From assembly GCA_951406725.2 (NCBI GenBank), contig OX597815.1, positions 167,586,001 through 167,650,000 of the forward strand: DNA of 64,000 nt, given 5' to 3'. The notes below the pieces were generated by a model. The model was not told the origin of the DNA. It searched no databases and saw nothing but the letters and a program-made list of their open reading frames with translations. The DNA is from Octopus vulgaris. Lineage: Eukaryota. A program made the translations under genes and the position numbers. Shown piece by piece: positions 40,336-54,530 of the stretch (positions within the stretch are counted from its first letter, which is position 1; each line of letters begins with the position of its first letter).

Positions 40336-40690
40336 GCATTCTTATAAAAATAAGAATAGGTGTTATCCATATAACCTTCGAACAAGGGAGGTCAGTCGCT
40401 CCACACTACTTGACCGGCAGCTACAGACGCGTTTCGGGGTATTGCCCCTTTTCAATGCAGCGTAGCCAGCCAGTAGGTGTCGCTTCTGACAATCTCTGTT
40501 CGATGGTTTTATTTACCTAGTTTCGGTGGAATACATCCACTTGTAGCTGCCGGTCAAGTAGTGTGGAGCGACTGACCTCCCTTGTTCGAAGGTTATATGG
40601 ATACAGTTTGTGTATCAAATAGCTAACTTAAGGCGATGGCCTCATGGAGCTAATAAGCGGACAGCTTTATTCTTATTTTTATAAGAATGC
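40336..40690. mobile_element. Fold-back pLTR/retrozyme-like insertion
   Basis: Perfect inverted repeat ~40364-40425 / 40542-40603 plus an outer inverted repeat ~40336-40358 / 40668-40690; follows (TA)n. Confidence 0.8.
40420..40461 (-). ncRNA. Type-I hammerhead with compensatory U3:A8 core
   Basis: GCUGCA-UUGAAAA-GGGG-CAAUA-CCCC-GAAA-CGCG-UC-UGUAGC: all three stems present, GUC triplet. Confidence 0.8.
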
Positions 40691-41098
40691 CATATTAGTA
40701 TAGCGATAACTATTATTTTCCGGGAACGCTGCCGCTGTTCTCTTTTAGAGAGACTTAGTAATTTTAATATTTCTATTATATATATATACATATTTATATA
40801 TTTACATCCACGGATACAAACATACTTGTGTGTGTGTGTGTGTGTGTGTACATTACTTGACTGTCTGGTGTTTGTTTGATATCGGTAAAAAGAGTGAAAA
40901 AAATAATACCCGACATATAGTGGGATTGTGTGAGGATGAGGGACCAAAGGAAAATAAATCTGACAACAAACTGAAAAAGAAAAAAAGCACTGAAATAATA
41001 GATATTGATAGAAAAAGAGTAAAAGAAAGGACAGTAAAAACAAAATAAAAAGAGGGAGCAAACTGAAAGAAAAAACGTGAGAGAGAGAGAGAGAGAGA

Positions 41099-41177
<79 letters not shown>

Positions 41178-43002
41178 GAGAGCAGTAGATTGAAAAAGAG
41201 CGACAAAGAAAGTGAGATGGTTTGAAAAATAGGTAAATTGTCGCTGTAGGATTTCATATTTTGAAAGGGATAACCCGTTAAAAGGCCGACAGTTAGAGAA
41301 GCCCTTCTTTTCTTTGTTTCTCTTTTTACTGCTTCCACCCCAGGTAACTAACTCCACCACCAGTATCCCTACCACAGTAATATGTAAGGAAAACAACACC
41401 TCCTACACTACAAATAATACTACCAGTTCGACCAATATGTTCTTTTTGTACAATGTTAGATAGATTTTTCAGAAAGAACTAACCACGTCCTTTACAAACA
41501 TTTACAACCTGCTGTTATATCAATGAAAAATTAGTTATATAACAAACTTGAGTTTATTCTTGTTACATTTAATCCCATAAATGTTTTTGGACAATGACTT
41601 TCGGGAGTAAATGATAGCCAGAGAAGTCGGGACGTGTGAAAGTGTACAAGTGTGTCAGTTGACTATTTTATAGAAATTTCTGCATGATGCGTGCGTGTGT
41701 GTGTGTGTGTGTTTGTTTGTTTGTTGGTGCGTGTGTGTTTGTGTGAGCTTGTGTGGGTGTGTGAGTATGTATAGTTGTTAATGAATGTTCTGTATGTAAT
41801 AGGTGAGACCCATGTGATATATATATATTCATACATGCATATATGTTGTTGCTGCTTGTGTTGCTGTTGTTCTTTAGCCCTTTGCCCGCCCTAATCAAAC
41901 AGACATGATCAAAGTGGTTCCGGTGGTTAACACCCCGTCTAAACACACACATACACATACATACACACATACAGACACACTCACACACACTCATACAAAC
42001 ATACAAACACACATATATATAATATATTTGTTTGCGTATGTCATAGATACATGCGTATATATGTGTGACTGTGTATGTTTGTAAGCAAGGGTGTGTGTTA
42101 GTATTCACAGTGGCGTCAGAGAAATCTGCTTTGTACAATTTCACAGGCATAAAAGCATTTCTTAACTTTCAGATGTTGTCGATCTAAATAACATATCATA
42201 TAGTTTTAAAGAGTTCTGATTATCATCAGCTGGTGTCTAAAATTCATTCCTTTTAATCTGTTCGTGTTATATGGTGATTACTAGGGGACTTTAAGGATTG
42301 CAGCAACTGCTACATAGCAAACAACTTGGGCGCAATAGATAAAAGTAGTCTCTTTTAATTTCATCAGTAATTCCAGTAGTAAATGAGTTTCAATAAAATT
42401 TACGAAAAATATTTTTCAAATAGTGGCTTAGATTTATCTAATAGGAACCTCCGTCATAACAGCACTATGAAAGTTCGAACGGCTTCAGAAACACCACTGA
42501 CAATTTTTGAATGTGAGTAATGTCTCAAAGAAACATGTATGGCTGTTAGGCGCAGAAGCCGAAAAAGGAAGAAGCCTTGTCGACTATGTTCAACGTTTCT
42601 TGGTCTCAAAGTTTCCAGATAAACTGTGTTAAGGCTGTAGAGTTCGCTCGGTTCTTGTATCTTAAGGAAGAACAGACGCTGATTGATTTTTCTTTTGATA
42701 CCTTTCTCTGGAATTCGGAAATCCCGCAATATTCCTCGTGATAGCCTAAGGAGGAATGTGGCGTTTGCTCTAGAAGCTATACCTTTGGACAGGGAGAATC
42801 CCTTCTTTTGACAGGTACTTTAAATTTACATATTTGCATGAAGGTGAGTGGGATAGGGCCTGCATGGGTGTTTTTGTTTCTTTCTCTTTAAGACTTCGAT
42901 CCAATCTATATTTGTTCCTACAAACATTTAACTCACATAGAGCAGCACATACACTTGACAGCATACACTTTAAAAAACAAAAAGGAACGTATACGAACAT
43001 AC

Positions 43003-43039
<37 letters not shown>

Positions 43040-43266
43040 TTAATAAAATAGATGGAATGAGTAAAATATTTTATTAGGTATGACACATGTTCCGACCTGG
43101 TCTGGGTCTCTATTTTTGTCTAATTTAAGTCTTCAGAGCAAAGCGCCATTTTCTTTATATATAAACTATGAGTATATATATAAATGCGTAATACATATAT
43201 TGCACACACAAATATACATATCTATACCTACATAACTACAATCATTTATATTCACACACACGCACG

Positions 43267-43323
<57 letters not shown>

Positions 43324-43629
43324 TCACATACATACATACAAACACACACACAGATGAACATACACACATACAAACGCATATACACTAACGATACGTGCCC
43401 CCGCAAATTCGGCACAGATAATATTCTTACCATTAAGTCGCGATAAGTTTGTCAGTCAACAAGACTTACTATCACCAAGGTTTATGGGATAGAAATAAGA
43501 TGTCTATATCTTGCGTAGTCTGTTAAATTGTGAGCAAAAGAGACTAGGCTTACAAGGAAGGGCAAAACATTCCGTAATTCATATCCCAGACACAAAGACA
43601 CACACACACACACACACACACACATAAAG

Positions 43630-43852
43630 CTTTTTTTTTTCTAGTTTCAGCTCAGAGCTGCGGCCATGCTGACGCACCGCCGTTTTGTGCTACACTGTTA
43701 TTACGACGAACCTCGTCTAATATGTGGCACTTGGTGAAGAATGGAGTTTGATACAGCTACTCTCATCTGCACCTCTTGCCTTGAGGTAGGTTCATCTGGG
43801 ACTCTTGACAGGAAGATGTCCAGCTTTGATTTAAAAACCGCTACATCTACTT

Positions 43853-43853
<1 letters not shown>
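43630..43853 (-). mobile_element. 3' end of a CR1/L2-like LINE
   Basis: VFKSKLDIFLSRVPDEP..R...SNSILHQ, followed by 3' UTR GGCGGTGCGTCAGCATGGCCGCAGCTCTGAGCTGAAAC and an A-run. Confidence 0.65.
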
Positions 43854-43890
<37 letters not shown>

Positions 43891-43919
43891 GAAGAGAGAG
43901 ACAGAATTTGAGGAAGCAA

Positions 43920-44590
43920 TATTTACGCAAGGGGTGCCAATCCAGATGCCAACTGGGTTTAACCAAATATATATATTGATAGGAAGATCATCAGTATATA
44001 TATAAGAGTGTATAAACAGTCTCATAAAATTAAAATTCCATAAAAGAAAATGGAGAGGAAGAATTAAAACGAAGCTTGGTTTGTTTTATTTGTAATACAA
44101 TTGGAAAAGTAATGCAAATCAGAAGATGAAAAAATATACCTATAAGAGTATAAAAATAACCGCCTCAACCAACAAAATAACCCCCAAAATATCCAAAAAA
44201 TATGTATATAAATATGTTTGAATATACAGATACAATACCAATACCAGTATCCCACTGAACTTTTTAATAATTCTTTCTGGAAACTATCTTAAGCATGTTC
44301 TTGAGAATTATTATTTATGTAGTAATCTTTTGTGCCCAATATTTTAAGGAACTTGTTAAACTTTTTTATGTCCTTAATATGTCCTTGTTACCAAAGACTG
44401 TATATATGTAATGAAGCAATTTGTAACAACCGATAATTAACGCAACCAAACTTCTACATGTTACTTTCGACAATCTTTTTCCAAAGAGTGAAACCGGTAA
44501 AGTAAATAAACATCTTTTAAAATTGCATTTTCAAACCTTCTTTCGTATATAATTCCACTCGTGCGGTACTCTACAACTCCACTTTGTTAT
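43920..44590 (+). mobile_element. Probable PLE-derived remnant ending in (TA)n
   Basis: GAAA-CCGG-UA palindromic stem-III half motif at 44490-44499 in a (TA)n context; no clear 5' core. Confidence 0.3.
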
Positions 44591-44639
44591 ATATATATAT
44601 ATATATATATACATGGGAAAGAACTCTCCAGTATAGCTG

Positions 44640-44815
44640 TGGCCCGAGCTTGCAGATACGTTAGCACTCCGGGCAAAATGTTTAGCGATATTTCGTTTGT
44701 CTTTATGTTCTGAGCTCAAATTCTGCCGAGGTCGACTATGCTTTTCATCCTTTCGGGGTCGATAAATCAAGTACCAGTTGCGTACTGGCTTCCATCTAAT
44801 CGACTGCCCCCACCC
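44640..44815 (+). mobile_element. SINE family B
   Basis: GAGGTCGACTATGCTTTTCATCCTTTCGGGGTCGATAAATCAAGTACCAG. Confidence 0.8.
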
Positions 44816-45658
44816 CACCTAGAGTAGAAAACAATATAGCTGCGGCGTGACCAATGTTTTGAGAATGAATTAGTAGACATGAGCCCATCGTATATATATA
44901 TGCGCGTTTGAATGTATGTGTGTGTGTCTGTGTTTGTATACGATATGCATACGTGTGTTTGTTCCCACCATCACCAGCGGAACTTGGAACGAGACCGTGA
45001 CACACATTGTGACAGAATGCTCCAAACGGATTGGCACAGGAAGAATATAAGAAATGGAGGCACGACCATGTTGTAAAAGAGTGCTTTATGTACCCGAAAC
45101 TTAGTTGTTCGACCAAAGAGGTCGTTAGAATAAGAACCAGGTTTAAAGAAAGAACTGTGATCGGTTTATTCGATTGTACCTTCAAAGTAGTGCCCCAGCA
45201 TCGCTGCAATCCAATGATGGATATATGTAAATGCTAAAAGATTTATGTGTGTGCGTGCGTGCGTGTGATTTTGTGTGGGGTATAGGTCTGTGTGTTGTGT
45301 GTGTATGTGTGTGTGTGTATATGTTTATCAATGTTTACATGAATTAATTATGCACACAGTGTAAGCGGTGATAACCAGCTTCCAGCCTTGTCTATTTCTT
45401 CCTTTAGAAGCTCTTGCAAATGATTCATGAGAGTAGGCGTCGTCGCGTGGTTGTGATGTTTGCTTCATAAGCATTTACTTCCGGGTCCAATTCGACTGTG
45501 CGACACCTACAACATGTGCCTGCAACAGAAACGGAAACCGCGAGGAAGGACGTCGCTTGCATGTTTGTGCGTGAGTACGTGCGTGTACGTGTGATTGAGT
45601 TGTAGGTGTATGTTTAAAGGATGCGTGATTGTAAACACCCACACGAGCACTCACATAC

Positions 45659-45727
<69 letters not shown>

Positions 45728-46199
45728 ATACGTGAAAGTATACATACACAAAGTATACATACATGTGTTTGTAAATATGTGTATATATATAGTAGTTCTG
45801 TATCTGTATCAGGTCACGGTCTCCTTTTGAGCGGGGTTGATATATTCTGTCTGTGTCTGCTTTGGGGTGGTGACTTCGGTACGCTCTCAGTAGTTTTTTG
45901 TTCTATCTAGATTTCTCAATTCACTGATTTTCCAGTTTATTAGGTTAAACCTGTAATTTATGATTGGTATGGCTAGCATATTTATCCCTATTATCTTATT
46001 TTCAGCATTAAGTTCAATGTTCAATATTAGCATAACTCTTCTGTAATATTCTCTCCTAATTTTCTTTTTCCTTTCTGTGTTGTATTTTAGCTGTTTAGTC
46101 CACTCCTAGATATTTGTACGGTCGAATTTGAACTAACACTGTATACGTTAGAGTTACGCCAAATGAAATCAACGCAGAAGCGATACGAAGTGCGTTAGA

Positions 46200-47860
46200 T
46201 GCGTATTTCACCGAAGATGCAGCTTATCAGTGCCATGCATTCTACTTACACAATATTATTGCTAATCAGCAAAATATTTATAAACTAACTGTATATACTT
46301 TAGACTAGAGATTACGATATCGTTTCGGTGGTGACTCGGGTACGTAGTATTCGTAAGCTGCAAATCTTTTGCCTGCCTCCCTTGTGTTCGCTTCAGGGCG
46401 ATTTTTTTTTTGCATTTCTTAGATCCATTTACATATAGCATGGATTTTTTCATGATTCTTCAATTGATTGTAAGGGGTGTGCAGTTACGTTCCCATCCTA
46501 CAATATTGGCCTATACCGAGACGATGGATTGGGAATAAACTCATGGCGGTGAATATCATACTCTTGATAAAGTTAGGAAAAACTTGCTTATACCTTTAAT
46601 TCACTGGTTTCTCAAAATCAATGTTACTACTAACCTCTCCAAAGTCAATTTCTTCCCTAAACCTAAACTCACGCTCTTATAAACCCTACCATAAACGAGA
46701 AATTCTCATATACACAAACGGTGTATAGAGTGTTTAAAAACATGATAGCTAAGATCAGTGATAGGATATGTAATATAACTCGTCTTGAAAATAAATATTT
46801 CATAAGTCAGCTACTTACTATAAGAGTCCTCTAACAGTGGCTTCAAAAATAGGATATATTACAGCTCTTCAATTACAAATTTTGAAATCTAGAAATAAAC
46901 CTAAAAATAGACATCGGAAAATACTATGTTTCGCCACCCCCTTTCTCTCTAAATATTACAACTAACGTAAACAAAACTTCCTGGCTCTTCTAGATAAGCA
47001 TTTCGCAGTAGGCGATAAATTCAGGAAGATTTTTAATAGACGCTCTTTAAGATATCATATAGCTACTACCCCAATATGCCGAATATCATCACTCATAACC
47101 CACACCAAGAACCCACACCCAGTTGTAACTGTCGAAACCCTGCAGCTTGCCTTCTTCACCAGGTGTGTGTAATAAACTCTGTCGTCTCTGAGACAGAAAT
47201 TACAGCAACACTTCAAGATCACGAAGCTGAAAAGAAAAATTACATCGGTTTATGCGAAAACAATCTTAAAACAGGTTATACAAACCACGAGTCTTCTTTC
47301 CAGGAAATCGATAAAAGTAAAGTCACTAAATTGGTTAGCTACGTATGGTCTTTGAAGATAAACTGCACACCGCATACAATCAAGTGAAGAAGCGTGGGGA
47401 AATCCATGCCAAGTGTAAATGGAGTTATGAAATGTAAATTATGCGTAGATGAAGGAATGCATATTCCTTTTAGATTCAAGAATTCCTTTTAGATCCAAGA
47501 ATGGCGGTGAGCTGGCAGAAACGTTAGCACGCCGGGCGAAATACTTAGCGGTATTTCGTCTGCCGCTGCGTTCTGAGTTCAAATTCCGCCGAGGTCGACT
47601 TTGCCTTACATCCTTTCGGGGTCGATAAATTAAGTACCAGTTACGCACTGGGGTCGATCTAATCGACTTAATCCGTTTGTCAGTCCTTTTTTACCCCCTC
47701 TGTGTGTAGCCCCTTGTGGGCAGTAAAGAAATAAGATCCAAGAATTCCACCACACTACTTAATTCCAGTTCTTTTCGCGAACTGGAGAACACCACCTTCT
47801 CCAGATTGAGCAGTTATCTCACTGAGTTTGGATACCTCTCCGATGAAGTATTCTATAACA
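46200..47860 (+). mobile_element. Degenerate Penelope-like element (RT - CxC linker - GIY-YIG)
   Basis: NIGLYRDDGLGI (46502-46537), LLDKHF..KFRKIFNR, CNCRNPAAC, NYIGLCE..TNHESSF, YVWSLK, CKLC. Interrupted by a SINE. Confidence 0.88.
47503..47733 (+). mobile_element. Young full-length SINE family B with 12-bp TSD
   Basis: AGATCCAAGAAT at 47491-47502 and 47734-47745; inserted within the PLE. Confidence 0.92.
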
Positions 47861-48184
47861 ACTAGTTTGATTATGACTTCTACAATCAAAGGGGACGTAA
47901 CTCTAATTTTTCTTCCTTTCCCTTTCTTTTTTCGCTTTTATTCACGCTTTGTCTTCTTATTCCACTCATTGCATCAACCTTCTTCTCGTTTTTCTCGTAG
48001 TTTCTCATGTACCAGCGTCCTGATTTTCAACAGAAATCTTCTTAATTATGTATCTTAATAGCAAGAAATTATTAGTGTCTTTTATTTTAATACAGTGTAC
48101 ATTAGAGTTACACACACACACAAAAATATATATATGAGTGTGTGTGTGTGTGTGTATACATGCACGCACACGCATCCACACACT

Positions 48185-48235
48185 CACACACACATAATAC
48201 ATACATACATACATACATACAAACACACACACACA

Positions 48236-48303
<68 letters not shown>

Positions 48304-48676
48304 TACATACATACATACATACATACATACATACATACATACATACATACATACATACATACATACATACATACATACATACATACATACATACATACAT
48401 ACATACATACATACATACATACATACATACATACATACATACATACATACATACATACATACATACATACATACATACATACATACATACATACATACAT
48501 ACATACATACATACATACATACATACATACATACATACATACATACATACATACATACATACATACATACATACATACATACATACATACATACATACAT
48601 ACATACATACATACATACATACATACATACATACATACATACATACATACATACATACATACATACATACATACAT
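48185..48676. repeat. (CA)n followed by a ~380-bp pure (CATA)n tract
   Basis: Read directly from the sequence. Confidence 0.97.
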
Positions 48677-48767
48677 AGGTGGAAAATCATCCATTCGAAA
48701 GAGAACTGATACAGTACTATCAAGACTAATATTTTCTCTCGATATCACTAAAACCTAAAGATATTAA

Positions 48768-48976
48768 TTCCTTTATAGAAGGGACAAACAAGGACAGACA
48801 AACGGATTAAGTCGATTACATCGACCCCAGTGTGGAACTGGTACTTAATTAATCGACCCCGAAAAGGATGAATGGCAAAGTCAACCTCGGCGGAATTTGA
48901 ACTCAGGACGTAGAGGCTGACGAAATACTGTTAAGCATTTTTCCCGACGTGTTAACGATTCTGCCAGCTCGCCGCC
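48768..48976 (-). mobile_element. SINE family B with TSD
   Basis: CCTAAAGATATTAA at 48754-48767 and 48983-48996. Confidence 0.88.
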
Positions 48977-49513
48977 TTTAAGCCTAAAGATATTAAAGAT
49001 GTAAATGGATAAAAGTATGAAAATAACTAAATTATTAAATGAATAAAAGAATTGACAGGTGCAAGAATGAAAGAATAAGACAATAAAGTTTTTATGACAT
49101 TTACTAAGATTGTTACAATTGATTTCATAACCCTTAACTCGTGATAAGAAATTTGCCTTAAAGCAAAACCAGAAAATATCTTACTATAAATCTACCCAAC
49201 TTAGGTCACCACCTGGCTGAAAGATGCGCTATTTAACTCGAAAAACGACGTAACACAAAGGAAGATTTTGATAAATGGTTTATACATATTTCGATGAGTA
49301 TTTAGTAGATTTTCCACGTCAGTATTTATTTTAGGAGAACTCAGAACTTTTATGCTTTTGCATATGTTCTCTAAAGCTGAGGAAAAATAATACATTTCTA
49401 TTGAAGCTGGAGTTATTTTTCCCATTGAATTATTTAGAAATACTTTAAGTCGGTAAAGATGTAACTCGAAACGTCGTAAGTTGGAGTATGCCGGATTCCT
49501 TACTTCAGACATG

Positions 49514-49582
<69 letters not shown>

Positions 49583-49584
<2 letters not shown>

Positions 49585-49745
49585 TGGTAAAAACGTAAGA
49601 TAACAAAAGATAGAAAAAGACCTCAAGATTATGTAAATAGAGGAAATTCATCTGTAAAATATGTGACAATTATTCGGTAGCCAAGATAAAACTCAAAAAG
49701 AGAGTTTTATCTTGGCTACCGAATAATTGTCACATATTATTTTAG
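49583..49745. mobile_element. Fold-back derivative of the pLTR family seen at 38351
   Basis: Similar to 38351-38460; perfect 37-bp arms 49658-49694 / 49702-49738; lies between (TA)n tracts. Confidence 0.85.
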
Positions 49746-50420
49746 ATATATATATATATATGTCATAGGATGAAATATTTATTTCTATGCAGCACCTGAT
49801 TTGCAGCTGCAGTATTCAAACGTTTCAACAACCCTAAAACATACTTGAACGTTCTTGCTGCCGTAGCCCTATGTTCGGGGTAGCCACAAAGTAAAGAAGG
49901 TGTATTGTCATTGGACGGTGTATAGAGTACGTTCTTATTCGCCAATTTTCGTCGCGTAATGATACAAGTACTGGCATTGTTGTTTAATGATTGCTATATG
50001 GTGTTTAACAATCTACTAGATATTGTTGAACAAATGGCTAAACGTGGAACAATTCTGTCGCTTAAGATATCAATTTCTTTTTCATTCATGGTAAATGACA
50101 GTAAGAGTTTCTATGAATATTCTGAAATATTTCAGTGCATACATCGAAAATGTGTTAGCAGCCAATTGTTTAAAATTAGTAAATACCTAACTGCGTTGAT
50201 AACAGCAGTATTAAAAGTCAATCTTCTTGTTAAGGGATATGGTGTGCTGTACAAAATGTGCGGTTTCTCATAGAGACAACTATGATAGCTACATTTAACA
50301 GACGAATAAAATAAAGAGGAATCATGTCGTGTAGGGTCCATGATTTTATCCCAAACTTTCCGGATGAAACGAGACATGGTGTGAATTTCATTGTCCATGA
50401 ACATGAAGGAATGTATGTGT

Positions 50421-50522
<102 letters not shown>

Positions 50523-53500
50523 CAACCACAGGTGTATATAGCCAAACTTACATTTGTTTTTAAGGTGTATATAGACAAACTTACATTTCTTTTTTAGAAG
50601 CGTCGAATGTGTATAGCACGATACACAGAAAGTGATATTTCGAACGCAGTATCACTGTTAAAAAGGCAGAAAAATTGGGTATTATTACAAGGCTGGAAAA
50701 GTTGTCAACAACAGCCATTGAAAATATCACATTCTTGTTTGTATCGCATGATGTGTGTGTGTATACACATATACATAAACACATACACATGCACATACAC
50801 ACGCACACATACACACCTACACACACAAAGGATCTTCCCTTGAAGTTGTTCAGTGTGAATCGCGTATAATTCCTTGGGAAACAATCAAGTTGAGTGAGGA
50901 TCGCCTTGTATAGCAATGTCATAGAAAAGTAACATATACTCATCAGACATGTGAGGTCTTTGGTTTCAGCCGTTAAAAGTGATTAACTGGGACAGAGGCT
51001 ACAAACGTGTACGCTGTTTTATTTTATAAAGAAGAACCCAGCCTCTCTGTTTTAATAAATGTTTTGTACATATTTTCGCTAGTATTTAGCAGCGCTTCCA
51101 CTTCAGTACTTAAGCCCAATTCCCATTCAAATTTTAAACGTGGCAATTTTAAACCGACAGCTTCACCGAAAGAAGGAGCCTTTAGCATATATATTCCTTC
51201 AGGTTCAAGAGAAAGACAAAATCCACCTCCCTGTACTGTCTATTGTGGAGAGTTCAGGAGCAGAGAAGTGACCAGTATAATTTAGAGAATACCTGATACT
51301 GACTTAGTGGTTAGAGTGGTCGGCTCACGATCACAAGATACTGGATTCAATTCATAAGTTAGGTGATAAGCTGTGACTTTGAGCGACGTACTTCATTTGC
51401 CGTTGATCCTGTAGTTTGTACAAGTCCGAGATCTGACACAACCCGTTCTTCCTCTAGTTGTCTCATTATAGACGTTCTGCTGTGACGATGGGGAGGTGGC
51501 TGAGTCGATGCCAATGTATGGTAGTGACTACATAGGAATTTGAAGCAATTAGCAAAAACATGCTACATACTACCAAGTCGTACTTGCTTGTGATTGGTTG
51601 TTGGTTACTTGTATTCAATGAAGCTCTTCCTTAATTGCCAGAGTGCGCATCTGTCACTTTTTTATTGCATAACTACATATTGGAGCAACTCACAATGTCC
51701 TAAAGAAAAGACTGATTGCTCATACAGCTGTCTTCAGCAGAGCTACGTATTATTTAATTATAAATGAGTAGTTAAAGTTACTCTGGAATCTTTATTGAAT
51801 TCCTCCACGGTTGAATTTGCCTTTCATCTTTTCGCCATGGCAATAAAATAAGTACCAGTTGAAGATCGGCGTCGATGTAATCTTCATACCCCTCCCTCGA
51901 AATTGTTGGTCCTGTGCCAAAAGTTAAAAGCAAAAGAGACAACTGTCATCTATTTCAGCTCAATTTTCCATAGTCGGCATTATTCGTCAATATTCAGAAA
52001 CGCTATTCAGAAACCCAGTAGTTCAGATCATCTGACTTGAAACTGACCACTAAGAACGAAGTTTATGCATCATCTAATGATAACAAACCTTCCTTAAGAC
52101 TCGTGTCTGCTTTGCTTCATGCAACCCTAGCATCTGGGAAACTTTGAATAATGCGTGGTATTTGTAGAGAATTTGACGGGTTAGTGTTTCTTAATTGTTT
52201 CGAGCGGAGGGTGTTGTTCAAGAGCATGACTTTTGAAACTTCTGCGTAATGAGACCTTTCAGTTTCTTTTTTTTTTACTGTAAAACAGAAAGAAAAGTCT
52301 GGATAAAAACTAAGTTACAATAAAAAAACGTCGTATATTATAACAATATATCTTGGCACGATTGTAATTTGATGTGAAAAAAAAACATAACAACAATAAA
52401 AGCAATCCTGATCTTTACGATTAGATATAAATGCTTTTTTTTTTAATGCTTTTAATTCATTGTGGTACAGTCAAGCAGAAAAAGAAAACAAACAATCATC
52501 CATATAAGAAAGTTATCTTAAATCATTTTCAGCTTTCTTCATGAAAACGCTCCTCCAGACTAAGACAAGTTTCATTACTTCACTTGATATTGATTTCAGT
52601 TTTTAGGGCTAAATGTTCAACATTTCACCTTCTTTCTTTTCGGCAGTAATCTTCCTCGTTCTTGTCAGCAATCGAATATTGTATGTACATACATAAATAC
52701 ATACACATATAGATATATGTATAAATTTTTACATATAAGCATATATATATTTTTTTATATATTTGTGTATGTGCGTATACACATCTATCTGTATGCATAA
52801 TATATTGTCACACATGAGTATAAATATGTATGTGTGTGTGTGTAAATACATACACACACATATATGTATATATATATACAGATATGGATAGATTGACATA
52901 TATACACATACATATATATGTATATTTGTATATATTTATATATATATGCATATATGGATGTATATATATATATGTGTGTGTATATATATAAATGTGCATA
53001 TACATGTATATAAATATACATATATATATATATATATACATATATATACACATATAGGCATATACATATATATATAAATATATACGTATTATATACATAT
53101 ATATACACATATATACATACATGCGTATGTATGTATTATGTATGCATGTATGTATGTGTATGTATATAACAGCAATGTTGTTATCTATTTATTCATGCAT
53201 CTCTTCCCAATCAAATAAAAAGGATATCGAATTCAAGACTACTTGATTTACAGCAACGAAACGCAAATCTTTCTTTGTCATCAGTTGTCAAGGCCGACTT
53301 CTCAGCCTTTATTTTCTTTAATAGCTCGATTTCATCATAAGCAACAAAACCTATCGCCTAAAATAGAAATATTTCTAGCCTTTGCTCTTAGCTATTATTC
53401 TTTTGATTTCGTTTTCTCTTCGTTGCTTTACTCTATAATGTCCTTTTTTTCTGTTTTTGCACAAGCTTGTAAAAATAGTCGCCATGATGATCCGTTTGTT

Positions 53501-54276
53501 CTTTACGCCCCATCGTTATGTTTGTTTAGTTATGGTTTAACGAGGGAAAGTAGCCACAGCCCTGGCAATATTATAATCTTCTGGTTTCAAACGAGTCATG
53601 ATAAAGTGCACCAAGAAATACGAAGACACAGGATAAAACTGACGGCCACATTTATTTCTCCATTAATAAGAAGATACAGCAAACTGGTTCAACATGAATA
53701 ATACTGTTAACAAAAACTACATTGGTTCCTCGTGCAGTTTGTACTTGATGAGGTGCGTGGGAAAAGAACAAAGCATGACGTCAAAGATCTCTGCTAACCA
53801 TTCTCTCCTCTCTGGGAATGCTTAGAGGAAATTCTTTATAGTGGTAAGGTGGTTCAAAACGCACCACGCTTTTTCTGGTCTGGCAAGTAGTCTGACTGAA
53901 TGACTTAAAGCATCCAATCGACACGAACGGGCTTGGTCATGAAGCCACTTGTAACAGCGTAGGAGCCAATATGGGCCTATTTAAACTTAAACAAGCAAAC
54001 TGAGAACATACTTGCTACAATGGTTTATACAGAACAAGATATGTAGTAAACTGCTGCACTACGTGTTTTATGTAATATCTCTCGTGGTTTCCGTTTCCTG
54101 AGTAGGAATTCAGTTAAGAGTGACTCAACAATTTAGACATTCGCATTTCTCCGATGCCAAATACTCTTCGCGTATAGTAACAACATTGAACGGACTGACA
54201 AAGAGCTTCAGTATCAACATTGAATGAGTAAACGTTTTATTCATATATAGATGGACAGACAGACTGTCTCAAAAAC

Positions 54277-54530
<254 letters not shown>

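Noticed and set aside
47839-47880. Hammerhead at CCGATGAAGT downstream of the PLE
   Set aside because: No GAAA or stem III found in register.
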